Positions 28,294 through 37,976 of a stretch of DNA of 38,752 nt are shown in pieces. This DNA is from Pseudomonadota bacterium (lineage in GTDB: Bacteria; UBA10199; 2-02-FULL-44-16; JBDRGF01): the NCBI GenBank assembly GCA_043818055.1, contig JBDRGF010000024.1, forward strand, positions 1-38,752. The letters are read 5' to 3'. Below the pieces are notes generated by a model. It was not told the DNA's origin, did no database searches, and was given only the letters and a program-made list of their open reading frames with translations. How positions within the stretch are numbered: position 1 is the first letter of the stretch; every line of letters starts with the position of its first letter. The position numbers and the translations under genes are program-made.

Positions 28294-31200
28294 TTAGTTC
28301 CATTTATTCACCAGCAATGTGATATTGTCCTTTTTAAACTTATCGATAATTTTTCCCGTCTGTTTATCGATAACAGTTCCATCTGCTTCAATTTTGTATC
28401 TGGCATTATCCATCTGATTGTGGAATGATCTCATCCTTCCCATCGCTAACTGCATCAGCTTCGTCCTGATCTCAGAAGCAGTTTTACATCCAGAGATAAC
28501 ATTCAGGATATGTTCCGTTCTCATATTTTCGCTAAAGCCGTCGCTGTAAAGGATCACAATATCACCCTTTCCAAGTTTGACTTCACCGGGAGTCACAGTC
28601 GATTTATTCTGTCCCATACAGTTTGTAACAATATGATTTTGGGGATTCAATTTGATGTCCAAAGTGTTGTATGGAGATCCTGCAACTTCCATCATTAACG
28701 CGCCCAGGCTCTCCTCTTTTGTTTTATATATGACATTCCATTTTCCATCTACACCCTTCCGAATAACCATTCCGCCAGAATCGCCTGAATTTGCGAACTT
28801 TGCGTATGTACCATCTGCCTTCTTTATTATCTCATATCCGGTAGCAACAGCCCCAGGACCAGCACCATTAAATTCATTGTAAATAGCTGTATCTCCTGCT
28901 TTAAAACTATCTTCCAATGTTTTACCCTCCGAGAATGCCTTGGCAATGGCCTTTCCACCAATCTTACTGGCCTTGTCACCTGAACCCATGCCACCCATAC
29001 CATCCAACACCACAGCGCCTCGTATTTTGCCATTCTTATCCCTCAAAAACAGATAACCATCTTCATTAACAGACTTGTATCCTATCCCCTCATGCGTCTC
29101 CACTGAAACATCTCCATTCGGCGTCTTGATATCCTCAACGCTTCTTCTCGGCTTTCCCTGTTGATTATCAGTCAGACCGGGAAATTCGATTGCGGGTATA
29201 TTTGCTTTAGCCGCTGGCACAGATACTTGTAGAGTAGCACTTTTAACAGGTTTAGGAGTTTGTTTTTGCGGAGGAAAGGCATTATGAGATTGTGGATGAT
29301 TTGTTGATGAAGCTGCCTTTTTTACACCTCGAGCATCATATCCATTCTTTTCCAACAATTTCACTGCTTCTTGAAAAATCTTCGGTTTATTCAGATTTCT
29401 GATCATCTGAACAATTTGTTGGACACCTTTATTATACTCTGGTGTGTTTTCCATAAGAGATTTACCATCAAGAGCATTCATCATGCGAGACCTAAGATGT
29501 ACTTCTAACAAGGATATTGGATTTAATACAAAACCGCGTCCCGGAATATAGTCGTATCCATAGAATTTTACGCTGGCAGTCACCCGGGGAGTAATGTCAA
29601 TATGTGGTATCATAGAATTCATTTGCGATTGATGCGCTAAAAGCTTTTGTTGATCGTAATCAACCGGAAATTTTTCAGTCAACAATTGGACAAAGACCTT
29701 ATAAGCCTCTTCTTTGCATTCTGAGATTCTATCGGGATGTCTTTTTCCAACGTACTCATAGAGTTTATTGAGTGCGACTGTAATTTTGGAATTCTGTGGA
29801 TCGCGCAAAAGATTTTGTAGCAGGTTCTTCCACATTGTAGTCGAATTAAAATCATTTCTTCCTGCTGCCTCATTTAGAATCGTCCCCTCAAAAAACCTCA
29901 TTCGAGCTGCTGCAAACCGTGACATTTTTTCGACTGGTTGCAATGCGACATTTTGGACTGAAAGGTTGATCACTTTCATTTTTCCTTCATATGGGAAATC
30001 CGTCACCATTATCGCAACGTCGGCCTTTAACTCAACTCTTCCACTTAACTGCACGTTACCATCGCTCAAGACACCTATTCTTCCATTTTCGGGCAGATCG
30101 ATATAATATTTCCCATCCTGCTTTTTTATCGTTAGATCAGCATCCGCGGGCAATGTCTGTTCAAACAAGGTAGAGAGTTTTATTTCCTTTCCTTTGTATT
30201 CTCTCTCCCCACTCTTTATAACACTCCCTTCCTGCACACTTGTTTTGTTCGATGCAGATTGAGAATGTGTCCCGACATCCTCCATGTGAAATCTCGTGGG
30301 GAGTTTGACTGAGCCTTGTTTTGTCGAAGTTTCAGGCATTTGCGCAGATCTCAAAACAATACCCTCTGGAGTTACAACAGCCCTCCCCGGTCCGTTAAAT
30401 GGTCCGTTGCGGAAAAACTCCCGGGCTTTATTCACACCTCTCTTCGCCGATTCTGCTGTCGCTCGGCTCATTGGCACATGACCGATGCGCTTTCCCAAAA
30501 ACTCCGCGCGGATACGCCGCCACTTGCCAATATTCACCTTGTCCTGTGCAACTGCGTTTTGTAACTGTGCCATCGACTTTGCGTACGCATCCTTTGAAAT
30601 GCGTCCTTCGTGCAGGAGTTTTCCAAGGCGGCGCGCATCTACCTTCCACGATTCAAGCTTCACCTTTGCAAACACAATCTGGGCATCAATGAGATCGCAA
30701 AGTATCTTCTTCTTCTTTGCGGGACTTGAAGCCCCTTCATATTTTGCGCAAAGGGTCTCGACCTTTTTTGAAAGCTCATTATATCTTCTCTCGTTCACTT
30801 TCTCTCCCAAGCTACCAGCCCAGCCGTGAGCCATTTTGAGAGCGACATGCATCTGCAAGCCGTGGGCGAATGCCTTCACAACATCCTCAAAACTTATCTT
30901 TGAACGCTCTTCGAATGTGCCCAACAGATTAAGACCTGCGAGTGCAGAGACAGAGCTCGCGTTGCTGACTATTCCCTGCACGGCACCCTTAGCGAGCCTC
31001 ACATATGCACCGGTTCGCGCAGATATTGTTTTTAAAAATGTTTTTGATGAGCGATCTAGAAGTTTTGCAATTCTACCGGAAATTTTCCCGCTCCCCATGA
31101 AGAGAAGATCGCCTATGAGGACATGAGAAAATCCCCTAAAACTTATATTTTTGTCCTGACCGGCTGTGACAAGAGATGAAATCGCCCGATCTGTGAGATA

Positions 31201-32778
31201 AAATGTGGGAACGCGAATGGCAGCACCAAAGGCTGCATGACCCACCTTACTAAATTTCGAAGTCAGTTTGGCAACTTTTTCCAGCTTCGATAAAACCGGG
31301 ACTGCGCCACCGGAGACTATCCCTGCAAGTATCATCGCGTATGTCTGCCAGTTGTTAAGCTCGCCTAGCACCCCTTTGCCCAAGCCTGCCAGCATAGCTA
31401 AAGCCGAAGACCCCTTTGCGACCCCCTTCAATGCCCTCTCCCTCAAAGCGATCAACTTCGCCATTTGTGCGCGCATCTTTTTCGGGAGTGAGGTCTCCCA
31501 ACTCTTCAACCTGTTTAGCTCCGACTGAAGCCGAACCCTCTCAGGGATCACGCCCTGAGTGTTTAATCCATGAGACTTCCTGTACTTTTCAAGGCCATTC
31601 ACGGCCCTCGTCAGATCAGACGGAGTCAATATGCCACAGATGTCTCCTGTGTGATTTGAAAAGAGCGAACAGACACCCTTTGAAAGGGTATCCCTTCCGT
31701 GACTCTTGAGCACCGATTCGGCCTTGCTTCCCCTTGAGCTTTTCGGTGAAAATTCCATCAGCTGCTTTGATATCTCACTGTAGTGTCTGAGGGCATTCAG
31801 ATAATCGCCCTTATTGATATATGCTGCAATCACTTTGCACTTCAAAGAGAGCCGATCTCCAATCCTCGGCAAATACCCGATCTCATAATCATCCCTGATA
31901 TATTTTAGCTCCGGGTCAGAGAAAGCTGCGGCACCCTCCGAGAGTGCCTTTAAAGATTTATGACTGACACCGTGAGCGCGAGATTTGAGCAGTTTATCAA
32001 CTAAGGCAATCTTTGCCCTGATCTTTGCGATATCGTTTTTAAAACCGTTGAATTCATCGGGATAGAGCTTTTCAACATCAAATGTCCCCTTCGCTATTGT
32101 GACGAAGGAACCCGTGATTGTGCTCGCGTTCTGGCTATCCTTTTCGTTTTTCCAGGTGTTAAATTTTGTCTCCGTCTGATTTAATATGACCGACAACCTC
32201 GATTTATATTCGGCAAGCCTTAAAAATATCCTCTTATTCGGATCTTCAAAATCTGCCTTCTTTGGAGCCACTGAGACCTGCCCCGAAACCTTGCGAATAA
32301 ACTTTCGATAGTTACTGTAAGATGTTGTAAAACCTACAAAATCGTTTAGGACCGCAAAGCTTACACCGTCTGGAGGGTTTTTATATAGATCCTTGTTAAG
32401 CGTAAGACCATACTTCTCACATGCCATTTTTAATTGATACTGAGTGGCCCTGGACATGTTCTTTCCATCGAAATTTTTGAAAAGTTCCTGATACTTTTTC
32501 TTATAAAATTCAATTATTTTGAGCTTTTTTGGCAGATTAGTCTCTTCCCACCTCTTATGAATCCTTGAAAGCCTGTAAGGCTTAATCCATTCGACCTTGA
32601 GCCCCTTTCTCCCCTTATAAACATGGCCGACAATCCATTGATGATTCTGGTCTATGAGATAGTAACAAGTGGAATTGCTATCCTGAATGAGCCCTTTGAG
32701 CTCAAATATTCCATCTTTTTGGATCTTCCTTGCGTGTGATATATGCTCTTTGAGCTGATTCGTGATGTTTATCGCCAT
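28294..32778 (-). CDS. 1494-aa multidomain protein with a C-terminal PP2C/PPM Ser/Thr phosphatase domain
   Basis: NED, DGMGG, GDS, SDG and DNIT motifs in the last ~270 aa; the remainder is unrecognised, with a hydrophobic Gly/Ala-rich central region. Confidence 0.85.
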   Translation of the reverse strand: MAINITNQLKEHISHARKIQKDGIFELKGLIQDSNSTCYYLIDQNHQWIVGHVYKGRKGLKVEWIKPYRLSRIHKRWEETNLPKKLKIIEFYKKKYQELFKNFDGKNMSRATQYQLKMACEKYGLTLNKDLYKNPPDGVSFAVLNDFVGFTTSYSNYRKFIRKVSGQVSVAPKKADFEDPNKRIFLRLAEYKSRLSVILNQTETKFNTWKNEKDSQNASTITGSFVTIAKGTFDVEKLYPDEFNGFKNDIAKIRAKIALVDKLLKSRAHGVSHKSLKALSEGAAAFSDPELKYIRDDYEIGYLPRIGDRLSLKCKVIAAYINKGDYLNALRHYSEISKQLMEFSPKSSRGSKAESVLKSHGRDTLSKGVCSLFSNHTGDICGILTPSDLTRAVNGLEKYRKSHGLNTQGVIPERVRLQSELNRLKSWETSLPKKMRAQMAKLIALRERALKGVAKGSSALAMLAGLGKGVLGELNNWQTYAMILAGIVSGGAVPVLSKLEKVAKLTSKFSKVGHAAFGAAIRVPTFYLTDRAISSLVTAGQDKNISFRGFSHVLIGDLLFMGSGKISGRIAKLLDRSSKTFLKTISARTGAYVRLAKGAVQGIVSNASSVSALAGLNLLGTFEERSKISFEDVVKAFAHGLQMHVALKMAHGWAGSLGEKVNERRYNELSKKVETLCAKYEGASSPAKKKKILCDLIDAQIVFAKVKLESWKVDARRLGKLLHEGRISKDAYAKSMAQLQNAVAQDKVNIGKWRRIRAEFLGKRIGHVPMSRATAESAKRGVNKAREFFRNGPFNGPGRAVVTPEGIVLRSAQMPETSTKQGSVKLPTRFHMEDVGTHSQSASNKTSVQEGSVIKSGEREYKGKEIKLSTLFEQTLPADADLTIKKQDGKYYIDLPENGRIGVLSDGNVQLSGRVELKADVAIMVTDFPYEGKMKVINLSVQNVALQPVEKMSRFAAARMRFFEGTILNEAAGRNDFNSTTMWKNLLQNLLRDPQNSKITVALNKLYEYVGKRHPDRISECKEEAYKVFVQLLTEKFPVDYDQQKLLAHQSQMNSMIPHIDITPRVTASVKFYGYDYIPGRGFVLNPISLLEVHLRSRMMNALDGKSLMENTPEYNKGVQQIVQMIRNLNKPKIFQEAVKLLEKNGYDARGVKKAASSTNHPQSHNAFPPQKQTPKPVKSATLQVSVPAAKANIPAIEFPGLTDNQQGKPRRSVEDIKTPNGDVSVETHEGIGYKSVNEDGYLFLRDKNGKIRGAVVLDGMGGMGSGDKASKIGGKAIAKAFSEGKTLEDSFKAGDTAIYNEFNGAGPGAVATGYEIIKKADGTYAKFANSGDSGGMVIRKGVDGKWNVIYKTKEESLGALMMEVAGSPYNTLDIKLNPQNHIVTNCMGQNKSTVTPGEVKLGKGDIVILYSDGFSENMRTEHILNVISGCKTASEIRTKLMQLAMGRMRSFHNQMDNARYKIEADGTVIDKQTGKIIDKFKKDNITLLVNKWN

Positions 32779-32821
32779 CTTATCCCCAAATAGACAAAAA
32801 AATACTCACCCCTTGCTATTA

Positions 32822-32850
32822 TTATCGGACAGAAAGATGGCTGAAGTTGC
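32822..32850 (-). promoter_or_regulatory. Putative sigma28/FliA-like promoter
   Basis: Minus strand GCAAC-N17-CCGATAA; TCCGATAA matches the sigma28 -10 consensus GCCGATAA at 7 of 8 positions. Confidence 0.5.
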
Positions 32851-32948
32851 GTCTCAAATGATAAAATTATTACTTTCGATATGCGCTGTAACTATTTGAA
32901 TTAATTGTTGATTAAATCTCGCACCCATAGACTGAATTCTGTCTAACT

Positions 32949-33009
32949 TGCCCCGCCTGCCCCGCCGCATGGCTGGGGTCACATGACTAGGATGACTGGA
33001 ATGACAGGA
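32949..33009. repeat. Short tandem repeats (TGCCCCGCC x2; ATGAC..G. x3)
   Basis: 32949-32966 and 32983-33009 (ATGACTAGG ATGACTGGA ATGACAGGA). Confidence 0.5.
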
Positions 33010-33106
33010 ATCAATCTGATTTGAAAGATACTGAGACTGAAAAAAGCCGATTGTAAAATTATTTTGATTACACTAGAATCAACTAAGATTTATGAGGAGG
33101 TGCTTT

Positions 33107-33361
33107 ATGGGACAAAAAATGACTTGGGAGGAGATGAAGAAAGTATTCCCAAACGAGTGGTTGGCAATTGTAAATTATACTTCTGATGAGATTGGAAACG
33201 TAGATGGCGAAGTTGTATTCCATTCCGATGATAAATCTGAATTTTATAGGCAAGCCAAAAACATTATTTCTAAACATGGCGGTATGGCTATGCGCTATAC
33301 TGGAGAGCTGATCAAAAATGCGGAGATTCCTTTGCTATGGCAGATCACACATACAGAGTAG
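33107..33361 (+). CDS. Small hypothetical protein (DUF5678-like)
   Basis: MTWEEMKKVFPNEWLAIV...GEVVFHSDDK; GAGGAGG RBS; overlaps the downstream protease gene. Confidence 0.7.
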   Translation: MGQKMTWEEMKKVFPNEWLAIVNYTSDEIGNVDGEVVFHSDDKSEFYRQAKNIISKHGGMAMRYTGELIKNAEIPLLWQITHTE

Positions 33362-33717
33362 ATAAACGACTGATCATCATTCCAGTCAAAATATTCAGTT
33401 CAACTCACTTTTTTGAAGCAAATTTTGTCCTCGATACAGGCGCTTCTCACACTATTGTGGACTACCGCATAGCTGAATCTCTTGGTTATTCGCAAAAAGA
33501 CGCAACAGCCCAATCCAGAGTTAGTTCTTCAATTGGAAAAGAGGAAGGTTACCGCATACGGGTTCATGCCATTGAGACGCTTGGAAAAAGAATCGATCAC
33601 TTTGAAATAGCCTGCCATTCGTTGTTAGAACAAGGAGTCGAAGGATTGATCGGTATGACCTTTTTGGAAAATTTCGATTTCTGCATACATCCCGCTAATA
33701 AAATCATAAGGATATAG
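33337..33717 (+). CDS. Retropepsin-like (clan AA) aspartic protease
   Basis: FVLDTGASHT and GLIGMTFL motifs. Confidence 0.88.
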   Translation: MADHTYRVDKRLIIIPVKIFSSTHFFEANFVLDTGASHTIVDYRIAESLGYSQKDATAQSRVSSSIGKEEGYRIRVHAIETLGKRIDHFEIACHSLLEQGVEGLIGMTFLENFDFCIHPANKIIRI

Positions 33718-33771
33718 TTCAAAACTGACGTCAGTAGGGACTGATCTCCTTTCGCAAACGATCTGCAAACT

Positions 33772-33981
33772 TCACAAAGACTTATATACAACCTCCCCAC
33801 TCACTATCGTAGCATCAACCCTGAATTTTTCCGCCTCTGAAAGTGTGAGTCCGCTCAGATCGCCGCTCAATAGCTCTACGAGGTTTGTGGGTTTGTTGTA
33901 ATCAAACTCATACGGTGAAAGCATGACCATGTCAGCCCATTTGCCCGCTTCGATCGAACCCTGGAGATGACCTTTGAACAC
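33772..33981 (-). pseudogene. C-terminal remnant of an amidohydrolase-3 gene
   Basis: GSIEAGKWADMVMLS...VDATIVSGEVVY; no metal-binding barrel; in-frame stop just upstream, inside the end of the Sel1 gene. Confidence 0.75.
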
Positions 33982-33982
33982 A

Positions 33983-35143
33983 TCATTTCTGTTTTAAACC
34001 CTGAGCATTTAAAATCGATTCAAGGCTCATTTTCGCGTTCTCATCACCTTGTTCCGCTGCTACAGTGTAACATTTTATAGCCTCGTCAACATCCTGTTTC
34101 ACCCCATGTCCATTTTCATACATAAATCCTAGATTACATTGAGCTGCTACATTTCCCTGTTCAGCTGCTAAAGAAAAACATTTGAAAGCTTCCTCATAAT
34201 TTTGTTTAGCGTATTTGTTATCACCCCTAAAATACATAAGGCCAAGTTTTAATTGTGCCGTAACTTGACCCAAGTGAACAGCCTCGTAACGAGTTTTGTG
34301 AAAATCAAGTTTTTCATAGCCATTTTTGGTTAGGAATGGAATATTGCCAAAAAGCGCACCTATCGCTTTTTGATGACCCTGCGCAGCAGCTTTTCCAAAC
34401 CATTCACGCGCATCCTCTTTATAATCCCTTATTACTCCATACCCCATCAGACAAAGAATCCCAAGATTATACTCAGCATCTGCATCACCTTGCTCCGCTG
34501 CCAAACTATACCATTTTACAGCTTCATCTAAATCTTCTTCCTCACTTAAGCCACACAAATAAAATACACCCAGTTCACTCTGCGCCTTTAAGTTGCCTTG
34601 TTCAGCAGCTCGTCCTAACCATTTTAATCCCTCATTATAATCCTTGCATACGCCTTGACCATTGCAATACATAATTCCAAGTAATAATTGTGCTTCTGCG
34701 TCATTACCTTCAGCCAGCGATTGCAATTCTTTGATAACTTCATCATTGATTTGTAAAGAAGGTGTTTTGGAGGATGAAAAATAAACAGCATCAGTTGAAG
34801 CGGTATCGCTCTTTTGGTTTGATAAATGCATGAGAATCACACTGTCATTAGCTTCCAAAAATCTTCTTAAACTGTGATCTACACTAAGCTGATCAAATAT
34901 AATAGGAGTGTACTGATTAAGATCTAATTGGGCCGGCTCAAATCTGGGCTCCACAGCACAATCTGTTAACAGCTTTTGCATATTCATTCCTACATAACCG
35001 CAAACATCAACAGCAGAGGGACTTTTCAAATTATATGAATTTTTTGCAAAATGATTGGGTTGGCTCTCGAGATGTAAACTCTTTGTTTCTAAACTCACAA
35101 ATCTGTTATTCAAAAAACCTATTGGACGCCCAGCTATTGACAT
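33983..35143 (-). CDS. Sel1-repeat protein with an unrecognised N-terminal extension
   Basis: Five A...LG..Y..G.....D...A..W...AAEQG-type repeats after ~140 aa of non-repeat sequence. Confidence 0.88.
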   Translation of the reverse strand: MSIAGRPIGFLNNRFVSLETKSLHLESQPNHFAKNSYNLKSPSAVDVCGYVGMNMQKLLTDCAVEPRFEPAQLDLNQYTPIIFDQLSVDHSLRRFLEANDSVILMHLSNQKSDTASTDAVYFSSSKTPSLQINDEVIKELQSLAEGNDAEAQLLLGIMYCNGQGVCKDYNEGLKWLGRAAEQGNLKAQSELGVFYLCGLSEEEDLDEAVKWYSLAAEQGDADAEYNLGILCLMGYGVIRDYKEDAREWFGKAAAQGHQKAIGALFGNIPFLTKNGYEKLDFHKTRYEAVHLGQVTAQLKLGLMYFRGDNKYAKQNYEEAFKCFSLAAEQGNVAAQCNLGFMYENGHGVKQDVDEAIKCYTVAAEQGDENAKMSLESILNAQGLKQK

Positions 35144-35197
35144 TTTCCCTCACTTTCGTTGTTATAAAAAAATAAAGTATCTAAGAAGCTACAAAGG

Positions 35198-36340
35198 TTA
35201 TTGTGATTTTAGCAACCCCACCATCAAGGCCATCTGTGCCCACATGCGATTTTCGGCTTCATCGATAATTACAGACTGTTTTCCATATGCGACTTCCTTC
35301 TGAACCTCGTTTCCATAATATATAGGCATGCAATGCATAAATATCGCATCATCTTTTGCCATTTTCATCACATTAGGGGTCACAGTATAATTTTGAAACT
35401 TCTGGATTCTCTGCTCGCGTTCATGTTCGTACCATATCGTCACCCATGTATCCGTAGCAACAACATCAGCACCCCGCACAGCATTCATATCATCTGTAAC
35501 ATTGAGCTTAACATTATTCCTTGTGGCAACTGACATCGCTTTCTTCAGAAAGTTTTCAGAAGGGGCGAAATCCTTGGGGCTGACAACTGTGACATTCATC
35601 CCCATCAACAGGCATCCTAACATATATGAATGAGGCACATTATCATCACAATCACCGATGAATACAAAATTCAAACCTTTTAAAGTTCCTTTTTTCTCTT
35701 TGATAGTCATCAAGTCAGCAAGTATCTGACACGGATGTTCGTCTACATCCAATCCGTTGATCACCGGAACAGTTGAATGAAACGCCAGCTCATGCAAATC
35801 CTCTGTTTTCATACTACGATGCATTATTATATCTACATACCTTGAAAGCACCGATCCAACGTCCCGTGGAGACTCTCGTTTACCTATACCGATATCATTC
35901 TTGTCCAGAAAAACAGCATGTCCACCCAACATCTGCATTCCCATTTCAAATGAAACACGCGTCCTTAAAGCCTGTCTTTCAAAAATCATCGCCAGTCTTT
36001 TACCTTTAAGATAACTAATGTCCTTTCCCTGCTTATAGGCTTCCTTCAAATAAATTGCGAAATCGATAATTTCTTCGGTCGCCCCTTCAGTATCCAAAAT
36101 GGACATTACATCTTTAGTTTTCAATGTAGGAACTTTTGGTTGACTGTTTTCTGAAACAAAACGCTGCGCAATATGATTAAACGAAAATCCCTGAACCCTC
36201 TGAAAAAATGAGCTGGCGATTTGTTCCATTCCACCCAATTGGCCGAGTTCTTCGCTTACAAAACTTTTCACCCTTGCCAACTCTTTAATAGGATGAAGTT
36301 GATTTACTCTCTGCATTAAACCCTGAACTAATGATGTCAT
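35198..36340 (-). CDS. Ornithine carbamoyltransferase-like transcarbamylase with non-canonical motifs
   Basis: RTRVSFE, HPCQILAD and FMHCMP present, but STRT is ALRT and the SMG loop is TIW; ~70-aa N-terminal extension; AAGGAG RBS at the long start. Confidence 0.8.
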   Translation of the reverse strand: MTSLVQGLMQRVNQLHPIKELARVKSFVSEELGQLGGMEQIASSFFQRVQGFSFNHIAQRFVSENSQPKVPTLKTKDVMSILDTEGATEEIIDFAIYLKEAYKQGKDISYLKGKRLAMIFERQALRTRVSFEMGMQMLGGHAVFLDKNDIGIGKRESPRDVGSVLSRYVDIIMHRSMKTEDLHELAFHSTVPVINGLDVDEHPCQILADLMTIKEKKGTLKGLNFVFIGDCDDNVPHSYMLGCLLMGMNVTVVSPKDFAPSENFLKKAMSVATRNNVKLNVTDDMNAVRGADVVATDTWVTIWYEHEREQRIQKFQNYTVTPNVMKMAKDDAIFMHCMPIYYGNEVQKEVAYGKQSVIIDEAENRMWAQMALMVGLLKSQ

Positions 36341-36363
36341 GATTTTCTCCTTGTTGATTATTG

Positions 36364-37956
36364 CTATACATTCCTCTCAAAAACAACTTTCCCTGATATA
36401 ATAGTATTATCGACAACCACATCTAAAATCCTCTCGGGCTCGATTTCAAAAAGATTGTCGGAAAGCACAGTCAAGTCGGCAAATTTTCCCTGCGAAATAG
36501 AACCTTGTACATTGGCTTTCCCTGAAAGCATTGCAGGTCCCATCGTGTAAGCGCGAATTGCCTCTGCCACTGTCAAGCACTCTTCAGGGTGCCATCCTCC
36601 TTCAGGCAATCCATCCGTATCCTGTCGAAGAACAGCTGCATAAACGTGTTCCATTGGATTAAATGGGGATGCCGTAACATCTGAACCAAATACCAGGACA
36701 GCACCATGGTTTAATAATGATCTATAAGCATACGCATATTTTGTTCGCTCTCCCCACCTGGAATTAGCATTGCGCCAATCCATTGCTTGTTGTGCTGGTT
36801 GAACTGACGAGAAAATATTATGTTTTGCTAAACGCGGCAAATCTTCCGGTTTAATCACTTGTGTGTGTTCAATCCGATGTGGAATAGTCCTCGATGGATA
36901 TTTAGCAAATACTTCAATTGAATTTCTTACTGCCCTGTCACCTATCGCATGAACTGAAATGGCAAGACCGGCTTTCTGCGCCCTTCTTCCGATATCCATA
37001 AATGTTTCATAGGGCGTTACCTCCATTCCAAACTGTCCTGGCATATCGGAGTATTCCTCAAGCATAAAAGCACTACGTGTTCCTAATGTACCATCGGCAA
37101 ATACTTTAACGTGACCAATCCACAGATTTTCGTCACCAAATCCAGATCCCACTCCAAGTTTGGCTACATCAGAGATGTCTGCTGCATGTAAGTTAGCATG
37201 CAATCTGACACCAAGTTTTCCCTCTTTTTTTAATGCCTGCCAGATATCCCAGCTATCACCTTTTTCTCCATCCATTCGTTGATCGTGGATACATGTAATA
37301 CCATGCTTATGAGCTTCATCAAATCCTGAAAGAGCAAACTCTTTCAACTGACTGAATGTTGGTGCTGGGATAGCACTTGAAAACATCGCTTTCGCTCCCC
37401 ATTCTGTAAAGATTCCAGTTGGTTTGCCCTCTTTATCTCTTTCGATTTTGCAATTATAAGCATCTGCCGCCCCTTCTAAGACTTTTGCCAATTGCATCGC
37501 TTTAGTGTTTACCCACCAGGTATGCATATCCTGACGCTCAAGATAAATTGGTATATCCGGCACAATAGAATCTAGTAAAGCTGCAGTCGGTTCAACACCT
37601 TCCCAAAGCGTCTCATCCCATCCCCAACCTTCTATCCATTCTCCTGGTTTCGTAATCTTTGCTCTTTCTTGTATCATTCTAATAACATCTGAAAAATTCT
37701 TAACTTTTAATAATGAAACCTGTTGATGCCTTACTGCATATTCCAAAAAATGAGCATGACCATCCGTGAGTCCGGGCAAAACAAGTTTTCCTTGAGCATT
37801 TAATTTTTGTGTACTTGGCCTAGAAATATTCAAAACATCATCATTCGATCCTACGGCAATTATCCTTCCATTCGCACAAGCCACAGCCTGTGCCCACGGC
37901 TGGTTTGGATTGACTGTGAAGACTTTTGCGTTGTGTAGAATTAAATCTGGTTTCAT
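36364..37956 (-). CDS. Amidohydrolase-3 (YtcJ-like) metal-dependent hydrolase
   Basis: PGLTDGHAH, KVFADG, VHAIGDRA, RIEH, FGSD; start ATG 37956 after AAGGAGG. Confidence 0.9.
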   Translation of the reverse strand: MKPDLILHNAKVFTVNPNQPWAQAVACANGRIIAVGSNDDVLNISRPSTQKLNAQGKLVLPGLTDGHAHFLEYAVRHQQVSLLKVKNFSDVIRMIQERAKITKPGEWIEGWGWDETLWEGVEPTAALLDSIVPDIPIYLERQDMHTWWVNTKAMQLAKVLEGAADAYNCKIERDKEGKPTGIFTEWGAKAMFSSAIPAPTFSQLKEFALSGFDEAHKHGITCIHDQRMDGEKGDSWDIWQALKKEGKLGVRLHANLHAADISDVAKLGVGSGFGDENLWIGHVKVFADGTLGTRSAFMLEEYSDMPGQFGMEVTPYETFMDIGRRAQKAGLAISVHAIGDRAVRNSIEVFAKYPSRTIPHRIEHTQVIKPEDLPRLAKHNIFSSVQPAQQAMDWRNANSRWGERTKYAYAYRSLLNHGAVLVFGSDVTASPFNPMEHVYAAVLRQDTDGLPEGGWHPEECLTVAEAIRAYTMGPAMLSGKANVQGSISQGKFADLTVLSDNLFEIEPERILDVVVDNTIISGKVVFERNV

Positions 37957-37976
37957 GAGATCCTCCTTTTTTTTCT

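Noticed and set aside
4543..31709. Numerous 60-230 aa antisense or alternate-frame ORFs (e.g. 4543-5118, 14768-15454, 22765-23349, 24436-24906)
   Set aside because: They overlap well-supported genes and have no recognisable motifs; treated as shadow ORFs
35198..36340. Assigning the symbol argF or arcB
   Set aside because: The STRT and SMG motifs are altered and there is no arginine-pathway context
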